Notes: generated from the letters alone by a model not told the origin. Numbered from the stretch's first letter, positions 13,401 to 24,379 are shown. The stretch: DNA of 64,000 nucleotides from Podarcis gaigeae (GCA_964106915.2 OZ066915.1), one strand, 5' to 3'. A program made the numbers and translations.

Positions 13401-15130
13401 ATTTTAATTTTCCTACTTACTTCCTTTCCTGCTTGCCAATCATGCATCATGGGAGACCCATGATATGCAACAGGAAGGGGGAAGAGAGAATAGGGTGTGT
13501 TTGTGCAGGAAATTTTTTTGCATCATTTGTGCTGGGTTATCTGCCGGCTCTGATTGCTGAGCCAGTCTACAGAACAGTGAGACTGGAAAGTTGATAACTG
13601 GGTGGACTACATTGTGAGAAATCCTCTTTATGCCAGAGCATACAGAGGGGAAGAGGAAGGCAAGCTGCTCTTGGTTGATTGGAGGCATAAGGTAAATTAC
13701 CTTTTCCTTTTTTTCTTTTAATTGCCCTACCATTCTGCATAAAAAGTCTTCAGGTCAACTCAGAACAATGTAAACAATTAAACAGCAAAACAACAACAAC
13801 ACCCCATCAAAATAACTAAGAGCAGCCAAAAATCTGCTGGAGAGATTTCTGGCTCAGGTCCGGTATTTTTTTTAAAAAAGTATTTTCCAATGTTGTACAA
13901 TTGTGTTATAGCCTTTATTCTTTTTTTAAAAAATATATAAAGCAAAGTCCTAACAAGTCCTTTCCCACCTGGGAATACGTAGTTAGAAATTCTGTTTCTA
14001 AGCTGGGGATCCAAGAGATTGATTTACTGCCCAGTGGGACTCTCACCCTGCCCTAGCCATCTGTTTTGGTGGGTGAGCGGGAGGCGATTTGCACCAGTTG
14101 CAAGGGGTTACAGACCTGATACTTAAGATGAAAATCTGTACACCAGTGCAAATAATAATTAAAATATTATTTATTTAACATCTGAAATACTCTCCCCTCC
14201 CTTGGTTGGCAACAGCACCCAGCTGACTGCTCTAGGCAATAGGCATTGGTCAGAAGGAAAAGGGACCGAGGAGTTTCTTCACCCCTCTCTCAGAACTCTG
14301 CCTAATAACTCTCTAATAACTCTGCCACACCTCTCTAATAACTCTGCCACACCTTTCTGTCTTCATCTATTTGCTAGGATTTGCTGGTGTTGCATGCTGC
14401 TGAGTGACCATTCATTTCATAGGAAAATTGGTTGCTGGGTACAAAGCGCTGTTGCACTAATGTACAGCTTGCAGGCTTCCCAAATGCATCTGGTTGGCCA
14501 TTGTGAGCATAGGATGCTGGACTAGACGGGCCATTGGCCTGATTCAACAGGCTCGTCTTAGATTATTTTGGTCTTGCAACCTCTCCTTAATGGGAGCTAA
14601 CTGAACACACCACCCAAACTTTCAGAAATTGATTCCCACCTCCACCCTCAAAGGAAGAGGCCTTATGTAAGGCAGGGCAGGCGGTGGGCAGAATCTATTG
14701 GTCAGTCTTCCTTTGCAAACCATCCATAGGTTGCTGTCTCTCAGTTGCTGAAATAAAGTTGACAGGGAACCCAGTCGTGTATTTCTTCTGCGAAAGGGTT
14801 GTGAGCGCCATTTTGGTGCAGACCACAATTCCCAATTATGTCAGGAAAGGAGGTCTGTTGTATTTTCTCCCCCAAAGGAAACCAAAGCTGAGCCTTGCTA
14901 TCCTTGAAACATCTTTGCACATGGGAAGGTTGGGAGTGTGCAACAGGGAGAAGAGTTTTGCCTCCATTCCTGATGGTTGCATCTGCTTCTCCATTTAATT
15001 TCATTTATTCATTGTTTAAACTCTGGAACTCGGCTTGAGTGGTCAAGCAAATGAAAATATTTGGTTTGTTTTTTTTAATGTATGAGGCCAGAATAAGAAA
15101 AGTAGAGGTAGAAGCCTTAGTCCATGATGC

Positions 15131-15745
15131 TACCCTTGTGCAAATTAATTGAAACAATGTAGTTTAATTTTTTTTATTGTATAAAACTCACATATAAATG
15201 TACAAAACTCACATATACATACATTAGTAACTGATATGACCACTGCTATTTTTAAGCAGCATTTGAAGACGGTTTGGCATGGAGTCTACTATTTTCGAAC
15301 AGTCACTGTTGATTTTCAGATCCCTGTACTACACTTGAATCTGCGCCTGAATGAGCTTCTCCATAGTTGCACAGTCTACAGCACGGAGGCGACTTTTGCA
15401 TATAGACCACAAATTCTCCAATGGGATTTACGTCCAGGGAATTCCCTAGCCAATCAAGTACCTGTATTTGCTGCTCTGTCATGAATTTCTTCACCACTTT
15501 CAATGTGTGACAGGGGGGCTAGGTCCTGCTTCAGTATCCCAGTACCATTAGGATACTTCTTTTCCAGCTCTGGAATAACCCTCTTGTAGAACCTCAATAT
15601 ATTGTGGTGAGCGCATCATTCCTTCTATTGGCTGCAGGCTTCCGACACCATAATGATTAACTCACTTTTCGTGTTTGTTTTGAGTACAGGATTATGAGTA
15701 AGATAGAAAACATGCTTTGTTTCAATTAATTTGCACAAGGGTGTA
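15131..15745 (-). mobile_element. Tc1 (DD34E) DNA transposon, internally deleted, with pseudogenised C-terminal transposase remnant (~15224-15660)
   Basis: TIRs acccttgtgcaaattaattgaaacaa / ttgtttcaattaatttgcacaagggtg|ta; minus strand with frameshifts reads ...KQDLAP/CHTLKVVKKFMTEQQIQVLDWLGNSLDVNPI/ENLWSICKSRL...SMPNRLQMLLKNSSGHISY*, 34 residues between D and E. Confidence 0.9.
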
Positions 15746-15781
15746 ATTCCCGATCTCCCCACCTCTGTTGTCTTTGTGCAG

Positions 15782-15931
15782 AAGCCACCTTTGGGCTACT
15801 CTCCCGGCCCTGCCAGGTGATGGTGTTGCTGAATCCACGCAGCGGGTCAGGCCGGGCCCTGCAGCTATTCAAGTCCCAAGTTCAGCCGATGCTGACGGAA
15901 GCCAACATAGGATTCAGCATGTTTATAACTG
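15782..15931 (+). CDS. SPHK1: Sphingosine kinase 1, internal coding exon (start of DAGK-type catalytic domain), phase 1 in / phase 1 out
   Basis: Acceptor tctttgtgcag|AAGCC, donor ACTG|gtaagt; translates (E)ATFGLLSRPCQVMVLLNPRSGSGRALQLFKSQVQPMLTEANIGFSMFIT, matching the SPHK1 RPCxVxVLLNPxxG (C1) region. Confidence 0.96.
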
Positions 15932-16954
15932 GTAAGTCTTGTGCCTGAACAAGGCCACTGTGAAAACTGCAGTCTCTCTCTGGAATGACAGAGGACAATG
16001 CATGCACCAAGATGGCTGGAGCCCCACAAAAGTGGTTGTGCTCAAACCTTTATGTACAGCTCTGCTCTGACCCAGCCACCCACACCTGTGATATTGCTGG
16101 CACTGCCAAACTGGAGGACACTCCTTTGCTCAACTGTCTGGGTAGCTAATATTCTAAGGCAGCCTCCCCCAATCTGGTTGGACTCCCAACTCTCGCCATC
16201 CCCTGCCAGCCTGGCTGATGGTCGGGATCTGGAGAGCACCAGGTTGGGGAAGGCTGATCTAGCAGGATCACGGCCTGCCCCGTTTAATTACAGTGCCACC
16301 TACGTGTGAGCAGAAGAGTTAAAAATGCAGGTATAGGCTTGACAAGGCTCTAATCTTAGATTTTTTGCAGGGAAAGGAAACCCAAATAACTCTTCCCTCC
16401 AGCCCAACTCAGGTTGACCCTTTTCTGCAGAGTGCTGCTTTGTGAGCGTGGCTGTGATTTCACTGATTTCAAAGTGCAGCAAACTTTGCTGTAAAGGCCT
16501 GGCTGATCCTGTTCATCCCATTCCAAGAAGAGATGGGAGGAGAGAACAACTCCTTGTTACACACATTTTTTGAGATGCCCGTCCTCTTCAGTTCATAACC
16601 TAATTCGATGAAACATTGCTTCAAACCAGCTTGCCATTCCATCAAATAGGATTGGCACAGGTAGCATTCCATTTGACATCAAATGATGGCCAGGAAGAAC
16701 ACATTTTGCCACTGCTTGGAGATAGGATTGTCCTGCCTCACCTGTAGTGTGAAGTATGGTCCTTCTGTCAACTATCCCCACTTCCCCCTGCCCAATCAAA
16801 TTTGTTTTGCTTTTCTCAATTTCGTGTGTGTGGGCGGGGGAGAGAAATGTCATTTCCAGAAGGCTGAGTGGACTAGTCCAAGAGGTTCATTCTACTTTTT
16901 AGTTCTATTTCCCTACTTGGTAAAGGTTTAGCCAAGAGTAAGGCAAGAGTAAGG

Positions 16955-17196
16955 TCCTGCCAACCTAGCAGTTCGAAAGCACATCAAAGTGCAAGTAGAT
17001 AAATAGGTACCGCTCCAGCAGGAAGGTAAACGGCGTTTCCGTGTGCTGCTCTGGTTCGCCAGAAGCGGCTTAGTCATGCTGGCCACATGACCCGGAAGCT
17101 GAATGCCGGCTCCCTCGGCCAATAAAGCGAGATGAGCACCAAAACCCCAGAGTCAGCCACGACTGGACCTAATGGTCAGGGGTCCCTTTACCTTTA
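16955..17196 (+). mobile_element. Sauria SINE, 5'-truncated
   Basis: ccaacctagcagttcgaaagc...gtagataaataggtaccgc...gggtccctttacctttA tail; homologous to the full copy at 25849-26211. Confidence 0.88.
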
Positions 17197-17429
17197 AGAC
17201 AAGAGGAGGATGATTAACAGTTCTCTGTGTGTAAGAATGTGCATTCTCAGCTCTTCCTGACAGGGAATACTCACTGCCACACTCCTGATAGCTGTTGGCT
17301 CCACTTTCCACAACAATAATACTGCCAGCCTGCCCCCCCAGCAATAATAGGAACCCTTAGAGGATGCAAAACTATATCCCCCTGGGACATAACATACAAG
17401 TCATACATGCTCATTGTCTTTGTTGCTAG

Positions 17430-17524
17430 AGAAGAACAACCACGCTTGGGATCTGGTGAGGAAGACGGACTTATCCATGTACAGCGCCTTGGTCATTATG
17501 GCTGGGGACGGCTTGCTATATGAG
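17430..17524 (+). CDS. SPHK1: Sphingosine kinase 1 coding exon (ATP-binding GDG motif)
   Basis: Acceptor ttgctag|AG, donor GAG|gtaagg; 95 nt; (E)KNNHAWDLVRKTDLSMYSALVIMAGDGLLYE; phase fits both neighbours. Confidence 0.97.
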
Positions 17525-18472
17525 GTAAGGGGGGCAAGTGGGATCCGGCGAACTATGGGCTCCCTTGCCTGTTGTGTCATAGCACCACAGTGCGCCTCCC
17601 ATCACCAAAGACCGGATGCTGCCCAAGGTGGGCCCACGTTTAATGGTTGTAAAGGATTTTGCTACTTATTCCGATGAGACCTTCTGGCCCACTGCAGTGC
17701 AAAGTGTCTGGGAAGGCGACTGTACTTTGGAGGCGGGTGGGAACTGGCAAGGATTGCAAATCCAGTCTTGGACAGTGAAAGTCTGCAGGTCACAGTTCTC
17801 CCACTGTCTTGCAGTTATTGAAATGTCCTCCTCCTGCTGCACAGTGGGAAACAGATATGGGAACCCAATTCCATATTCAGTCTGGTAAGTGTATGGCAGC
17901 ACTGGCCAGAAAGGATTTAAATTAGAAGGAGGTTGTCAAGATAAACGAGGGAAGGCCTCCAATGTATGTTTGTAAATTTCATATGGGTAGCTTTTAAAAT
18001 GTGGAAACTAATGCCTAACATTGACTTCAATTCATATTAAATATTTGCGTGTTTCCCCTCCCCCACCAAAGTTTGCACCTTTGATTCATGTTGCATGGCA
18101 GCAATCAAATGATAAACCCATACTAAACTTGCAACCCTTTCCTTAAAGAGAGTCGTGGGAAATTTCTGTATGGTTGCAGGTTGTGCTGCACAAGGCAAAA
18201 TCTAGAAGTTTCTGCTTCAGAAACTGATAGAATACCCACCCCCTTCCTTTTTCTTAAAGGGTCTTCCCAGTCTTCATGGCTATGGGAAAATATTTGAGAA
18301 CAATAAGCAGCCTGCTAATGGCGAAGCGATCCAAAAGTTGCAATGTTCAATAGAAGTGCAGCTTAAATGCAGGTTCTGATGCAGAACTCCAAGGTGCTAC
18401 TGTGTTCTTGTTTTGTGAATGTGGAGTGTATACGGTTTCCAATGGTGGGTTCAATCCATGCATTTGACTGCA

Positions 18473-19316
18473 GGGTCATTCCATATCAAGAGATCCAACT
18501 TCTTTACTTCATGTCATCCAATTTTCTTAATATTTTGTATGCACACTTGTTGAATGATCAAAACTAAGTTGAGATACGTCAAATTCGGTTACATATGTAT
18601 TTTGTTGCAATTTTCATGAAGTACTAACAATACTTTCAAAGTGTGTGTTCTATAACACAACAACAAGCTATCACTCTGTTTTAGAACACATTTTTAAAAG
18701 AAAAGCCTGGCTAGCTTTTCAGATACCTTTTAATTACATAACTTTCTAAAGAAATGCCTGAATTAACTGATATTACAGTCTGAAGTTTTGTTTTTTCTGT
18801 TATATTTTACTCCAAGAAGACCCATTTATCCTAAATAGAAGCCAATTAAGGCAGACATGTATGTACAAAATATTTTCCCCCAGTGTGATCCCATGATGAA
18901 ATATTGCAGGTAGATCTTAGAAATATGAAATAAGCAATATTTTTGGGGGGAAATCTATAATCCTATTAATTTTTAATCACTTTTTAAAATTTTGTAACCT
19001 AAATTTTAAATTTAAGTTACAAGTCCATCTTGTGACATATCATATTAAAGCCCATGAAGTTCTGAAGAGATTGGTGTTCTTGATTTTGATGTATCTCAAT
19101 GCTGGGCTCAGCTTTTAAAGTTTTTGTGTAGTCTGACAAGGCCAAAATTGTCAATTTTTTGAAATTTCAGGCCCTCATAACTCAAAAATGGGATGGGATA
19201 AAAAGCTAAATTTTTAGATTTATATTTAGTTTTGATCATTCAACAAGAGTACAAAACATTCAGAAAAATGGATGACATGAGGTAACAAAGTTGGATCACT
19301 TGATATGGAATAACCC
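18473..19316. mobile_element. Non-autonomous DNA transposon with ~100-bp imperfect TIRs, superfamily unassigned
   Basis: gggtcattccatatcaagagatccaact...ttgttgaatgatcaaaactaa mirrored by ttagttttgatcattcaacaag...agttggatcacttgatatggaataaccc; AT-rich interior; flanks TGCA/TACA. Confidence 0.8.
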
Positions 19317-19795
19317 TACAGTGAATGGAAAGCTTGACTATTTGAACTGGTAGAAGTTAGGTATGACCAGCCTTCCAATGACAGAATGCTCTGACAAGAG
19401 TTTGGGAATAGCTTGACTGAACTCTCACCTGTAGCGTATTCTTTATTACTGTCCTCTCATTTCAAATAATGTAACTACGAGGTGTGCCTGGAACACACAC
19501 TCCTCTAGTAACACAATCCTGTGCATGTCCAAGCAGAATTGAGTCCCATTGAATTCAGTGAGATGTACTCTTAGAAAGGTGTGTATAAACCAGCAGGTTT
19601 TGCGTGCAGATTTTTAGAGTTTGATTTGCAGTACCTCTGTGTACATAATCTAAGGCCTGACCCCCCTAAGACTGGAGTTTTAAATGGACTGGTCACTTCT
19701 GTGCTGACCAAGCCAAGTCAGAGGTGGAAAAAACCCCTTGTTCCCTTGTCCTTTCCTTTCCAGTAAGCCCTTTTGCTACCTGTACTTTTTTGTAG

Positions 19796-19911
19796 GTGAT
19801 AAATGGACTGATGGAGCGCCCCGACTGGGAATCTGCTATCCAGAAGCCTCTTGCCATCCTCCCAGGAGGTTCTGGGAATGCCCTGGCTGCTTCTCTCAAT
19901 CACTACATGAG
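19796..19911 (+). CDS. SPHK1: Sphingosine kinase 1 coding exon (GSGNA motif)
   Basis: Acceptor ttttttgtag|GTG, donor AG|gtaagg; 116 nt; VINGLMERPDWESAIQKPLAILPGGSGNALAASLNHYM. Confidence 0.97.
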
Positions 19912-22127
19912 GTAAGGCATCTCCGGCGGTTGGACCCGTGGCAGCTCTGCATGTGTGTTTCCAGGGCCGGCCCTACCATCAGGCAGGGGGAGGTGGCTGT
20001 CTCAAATGAATGCTGTGGGTCAAGAAGAAGCAGTGGCAAGGTGCTGGAGGAGGACAGGGTCAAGTATGCCACACAGCTTGCCCTATACCTGCTCAACTAA
20101 CCTGGTGTTCTCAGGTGGAAGATTCCATTTCCTCTTCAATGCTGGGGGCAGATTCACCCGCCAGCTTTGCTGGCTTTGGCACTAACAAATCGTGGAGTTT
20201 GGGTGTGTGCACTATCCAGCTTCAGGCAGCAAAATGTACCCATAATTGCATGTGTGAAGTTTGGCTCCTGGGGCTTCTCCATCCTAGGAACCTCATGCCT
20301 TGGGGTAAGTGAGGATGCGTGAAACTGCTTCCCGCCCATTTGGCTTATGGCACATGCTGAACTGGTGGTGTGCTGGTGCCACTACCAACAGAATCCTATT
20401 TGTGCACACCTCGCTTTACAGTTGGCTAAAAGCATGAAATTGTGTGTGTGTGTAGTGGCACTAGCACATGGCTGATTTCTAGCAGCCACCACAGTTATGT
20501 TGAGGTCCAAGCAATGTTGGGAGTTTCCAGAACAGCCCCTCCACTTTCTCTCTTAATGCTGAATTAACTTTCTTTTGTCAATCTAAAATTTATGGTGTTT
20601 AAAAAGATGCAGGAGCCCCAATACAGTTCCCACATTGGAGGAAAACATGAAAGGTGGGTCATGGGGCAGCATGATTTCAAAGGCTACATAGGGTGAGAGT
20701 GAGCAAAGGGCATCTCCCGCTCTCATCCAAAAAGCCAGCCCACATTCCACACTGAGTGCTCAGGGCTGTATATGAGCACTGAGTGGTTAAATAAAAACAG
20801 ATCCTGCATGAAGGCTAAGTTGTGTGGTGCAATGGTAAGCTGCAAAGTCGCAGATATCCTTTTGCAGGCTTCTGTTCTGCAAGGAATAGAAGGGCAAGGA
20901 GACATTCAGAAAACCAAAACTCTATGGGAACCCCCCGTCTTTTGCTCATTCTGACGTTCTACCAGGCTTGCAGCTGGACCAAGATTGGTACCTGCCCCTG
21001 CCCTGTTTATTGCACCTCTTTCTGCTTAGTGGGGCTGGCAAGGCAGCTGCACTTGACAGACTTCCCTTGACAACCAATGGTGTCTTGTAATCTCCTACCA
21101 CTGCTGTCAAAGAGGAAGGGCATCAGGGGGACAATGTGCATTCACAAAAGAAGCTTAATTACAGGTCTTCAGCTCAGGTTTCGATCTGCTCCCTGCAATC
21201 CCAACCAACATCCCCCAGCCCTGGCCTCTGCCCCTTCCACAGCTGGCCACCTTTCCCATCTGCTCTGTGACTAATCCTCCTTTCTTAGTGGGCTTCATCT
21301 TGAGGAGGGAGGGGAGAGGCAATGAGGTGGGTTGAGGGTGTCGCTAATGGGCGTTTCTCTCCCTGTCCTGCTGGCTCAGCCACCTGGCTCCTGCACCCCA
21401 GCTAACGCTGCTGTGTAATTCTCAGGGCAATAAGGCTTTGAGAGCATATCTGGGCCCAGTCATGCCTAAGACACTGACACAGGGGTAACCAAGCTGGTGC
21501 CTTCCAGATGTTTCAAGAAACCCTTCAGGCCCACCATCTTGCTTGCTCTTCTTAAAAGTTAAATAGTGTTGCTTTGCTCACCTGTAATATCTTATTGTAG
21601 GGGAATCTGCAGCCCCTTTGGAGATGACGGATTTTGTACAGTAACAACACTAAATGGCAGCAGGGGGAATTACCGGGTGTATAGCTCATCTGTAAAGCAT
21701 GTGATTCTCATAGAAAATGCCCTATGTTCAATTCCTGACCTCTCCAGGCAAGACTGGGGAAGGCTCCTACCTTGAAACCTTGCAGAAAATAGTGAGCTAA
21801 ACAGATCAAACCTCTGGTATCCTCTGTATGGAAGCCTAGTTTTCTCCTGCCACCAAAGTGGCAACATTGACCTCTCCCTCCCTACTGGTTTTCAGTAGAT
21901 GTTGTGAATCAGATGCCTGGAAGATCTTTAAGCACTTGATAATGGATATAAACATTCACTTATAAAACCTAGCACTGTAGAAACTCATCTTTGGGTCATT
22001 CTTTTTTTACCCTGATCTTCCACCAACATGGTTCCCAGAGCCACATTCATGAAATTGTCCTTTTATGCTGCAAGCCTGTCGGTAGGGGCTAAGGGGGAAA
22101 CCAGCAAACCCAGGTAGTAGTTCTGTA

Positions 22128-22198
22128 CTGTTGTTGTTTAGTCATGTCAGACTCTTCGTGACCCCATGGACCAGAGCATGCCAAGCACTCCTGTCTTC
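22128..22198 (-). mobile_element. RTE/BovB LINE extreme 3' end (5'-truncated insertion)
   Basis: ttgttgtttagtcatgtcagactcttcgtgaccccatggacc is the reverse of a BovB-type 3' end with (CAA)n tail; 9-bp TSD AGTTCTGTA (22119-22127 / 22199-22207). Confidence 0.75.
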
Positions 22199-22645
22199 AG
22201 TTCTGTATAGTAGTCTGTATAATGAACGGCTTGAATGGAAATGCTTCAGGGTCAAGAACAGGTCAATTGGAGCTAGTTTCTCCGCAGAGCCGATGCCCTT
22301 GGCCCTGCTTCCCATCTCCCACTGCTGCCTCTAGGTGTGCCTTTGCCCCAAAGGCGCATCAGCTAAGAAGCCATAATGGGACACCCACAAATCCCTACTT
22401 GTGGGGGGGGCACTTTTGATGAATCATGTTGGTGGGGAGAGTCAAGTGCCCTCTGGTCACTCTAGCTAGTCTCAGATGATGAAACCTGACAGCTGCAATA
22501 TGGCGCTGCTCCCTTGTCCATCTGCTGCTGCATCCCAGCCCCGTTTTTCATGCGGCTACAAGGGGCTGTTGGGACAACGGGCTGCCTATAGAATGCTTGA
22601 GAGAACAGAACCCTGATACTGTGTTTCCTGTGTGATGACCTAGCT

Positions 22646-22781
22646 CAGTGTTTCCCAACCTTGGGCCTCCAGCTGTTTTTGAACTACAATTCCCACCATC
22701 CCTGACCACTGGTCTTGCTAGCTAGGGATGATGGGAGTTGTAGTCCAAAAACAGCTGGAGGCCCAAGGTTGGGAAACACTG
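22646..22781. mobile_element. 136-bp palindromic hAT-type MITE
   Basis: CAGTGTTTCCCAACCTTGGGCCTCCAGCTG...CAGCTGGAGGCCCAAGGTTGGGAAACACTG; perfect 8-bp TSD ACCTAGCT (22638-22645 / 22782-22789). Confidence 0.93.
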
Positions 22782-23073
22782 ACCTAGCTGAAGCGAAACC
22801 ACCACTGTATGGTTGACTCCCACACCAGAGGTACCACTGTACTGGCAGCACACAAGGACACCAAAGCAGGAGTCCAAAAACTGTTTTGTCCCAGCCCCCA
22901 CCCTGTGGAAGAGGAAGGTAAATTGGACCTTTGACTTTCAGGAGAGGAGACCTTTTGTGCAACCACTTCTTTATTTGACCATATTTCAGCCCCAGCCCGT
23001 TTCCGCACTACCCTTGGGCTGGCCCCTTCCGTGCCACTGTTTTCACGTGCTCCCTTTCTTTCTCCTGCTGCAG

Positions 23074-23908
23074 CAAGGGCCACTTCAACAAGGAGGAGCT
23101 GCTCATGAACTGCACTTACTTCCTCTGCAAAGGCCTGCACGCCCCCATGGATCTCATGTCCCTCCACACGGCTTCAGGCAAGCGACTCTTCTCCTTTCTG
23201 AGCTTCGGCTGGGGCTTCATCTCCGACGTGGACATTGCCAGCGAGAGGTACCGCAAGCTGGGAGGCGCCCGCTTCACCGTGGGCACGTTCCAGCTCCTGA
23301 CGACGCTCCAGGTCTACAAGGGCCGCCTCTCCTACCTGCCCTGCGGCGACCAGAGCCCCAGCCCTGGCTCTTCGCCCTCTGCGGTGGGACACGGCTCCTC
23401 GTCGGCGCTGCACTCCGAACAGTTCTCCTTCAGCAGCAAGAAGTCCCTCTACAGCTGCTTCCCGTCGGTCTCTTCGTGCGCCAGCAGCAAGAGCTGTTTG
23501 CTCGAGGACTCCTTGCTGGTACCCTTTGAGCAGCCCGTTCCTGAGCACTGGACTGTAGCCCCGGAGGAGGAGTTTGTCTCCATCATTTGCATCCAACACT
23601 CCCACCTGGGAGCAGACCTCCTGTTGGCCCCCCAAGCCAAGCTGTACGACGATGCCATCCACCTCTTCTATGTCACAGCAGGGGTCTCCCGGCTTTCCAT
23701 GGTCAAGTTTTTCATGGCCATGGATAAAGGGACGCACCTGGCGCTCAACAGCCCCTACCTCCACTATGTGCCTATCAAAGCTTTTCGGCTCGAGCCCCTG
23801 GTGCGCAAGGGCTCCATGACTGTGGATGGGGAAGTGCTGCCCTGCGAACCCGTGCAAGGTCAAATGCACAGGCGGCTTGCCCGCGTCATCAGTAGCACAG
23901 GGAGCTGA
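23074..23908 (+). CDS. SPHK1: Sphingosine kinase 1 terminal coding exon (lipid-binding C-terminal domain to stop)
   Basis: Acceptor ctcctgctgcag|C; (S)KGHFNKEELLMNCTYFLCKG...WGFISDVDIASERYR...YKGRLSYLP...AFRLEP...VDGE...QGQMHRRLARVISSTGS*; TGA at 23906-23908; tail-to-tail position with UBE2O supports SPHK1 rather than SPHK2. Confidence 0.97.
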
Positions 23909-24236
23909 AGGGGCGGGGTGGGAGGACCCCCGATGCTGCACATCATCAACACTATCTCTGGCAGGGATAATTCTCAGGGGAAACTTGGCTTGCAGAGCCA
24001 TTTTTTGAAACTACAACACGAGTAATGGTGGAGCCTATCCTCCGGTGGGCATAAGACTCTCACTCTTCCCTGCAGTTTCAATGTCTTCCTGCTCTGCACT
24101 GCCCAGAAGAAGAGATGAAGCAGGTCTCCAAGACCATAGCTCTGTTTTGCCTCTCCATCCAATATCAAACCTTCTATGCACACCAACTGCGGCTGAAGCA
24201 GAGAACCTGCTGTCATCCCAATGCAGTGGCTACGTG

Positions 24237-24379
24237 AATAAAAATGCCTCAGTCCAATGCCACTTTGGGGACCACTTTTAATCCTCCTGTAATTTTTTTT
24301 TTAAATAAACTCACTCTCTCACACACACCCAAAGTTGTATGTAGCAGCAGATTATATTCTTAAGGAGAGATGGAATAAA
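24237..24379 (+). terminator. Cluster of three AATAAA polyadenylation signals for SPHK1 (24237, 24304, 24374)
   Basis: Canonical hexamers 330-470 nt after the stop; T-rich tract follows the third; which site is used cannot be determined from sequence. Confidence 0.6.

Noticed and set aside
14296-14356. Short tandem repeat (ctctaataactctgccacacct x2) superficially like a repeat array
   Set aside because: Simple slippage duplication without spacers; eukaryotic intron, so not CRISPR
1-15781. Long N-terminal (PH-like) SPHK1 coding exon expected from some non-mammalian orthologues
   Set aside because: No matching reading frame found by eye; presumably upstream of the window or absent
23174-24001. 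275-aa antisense ORF and 238-aa alternative-frame ORF (22813-23529) overlapping the last SPHK1 exon
   Set aside because: Expected shadows of a GC3-rich coding exon; non-ATG starts, no recognisable domain
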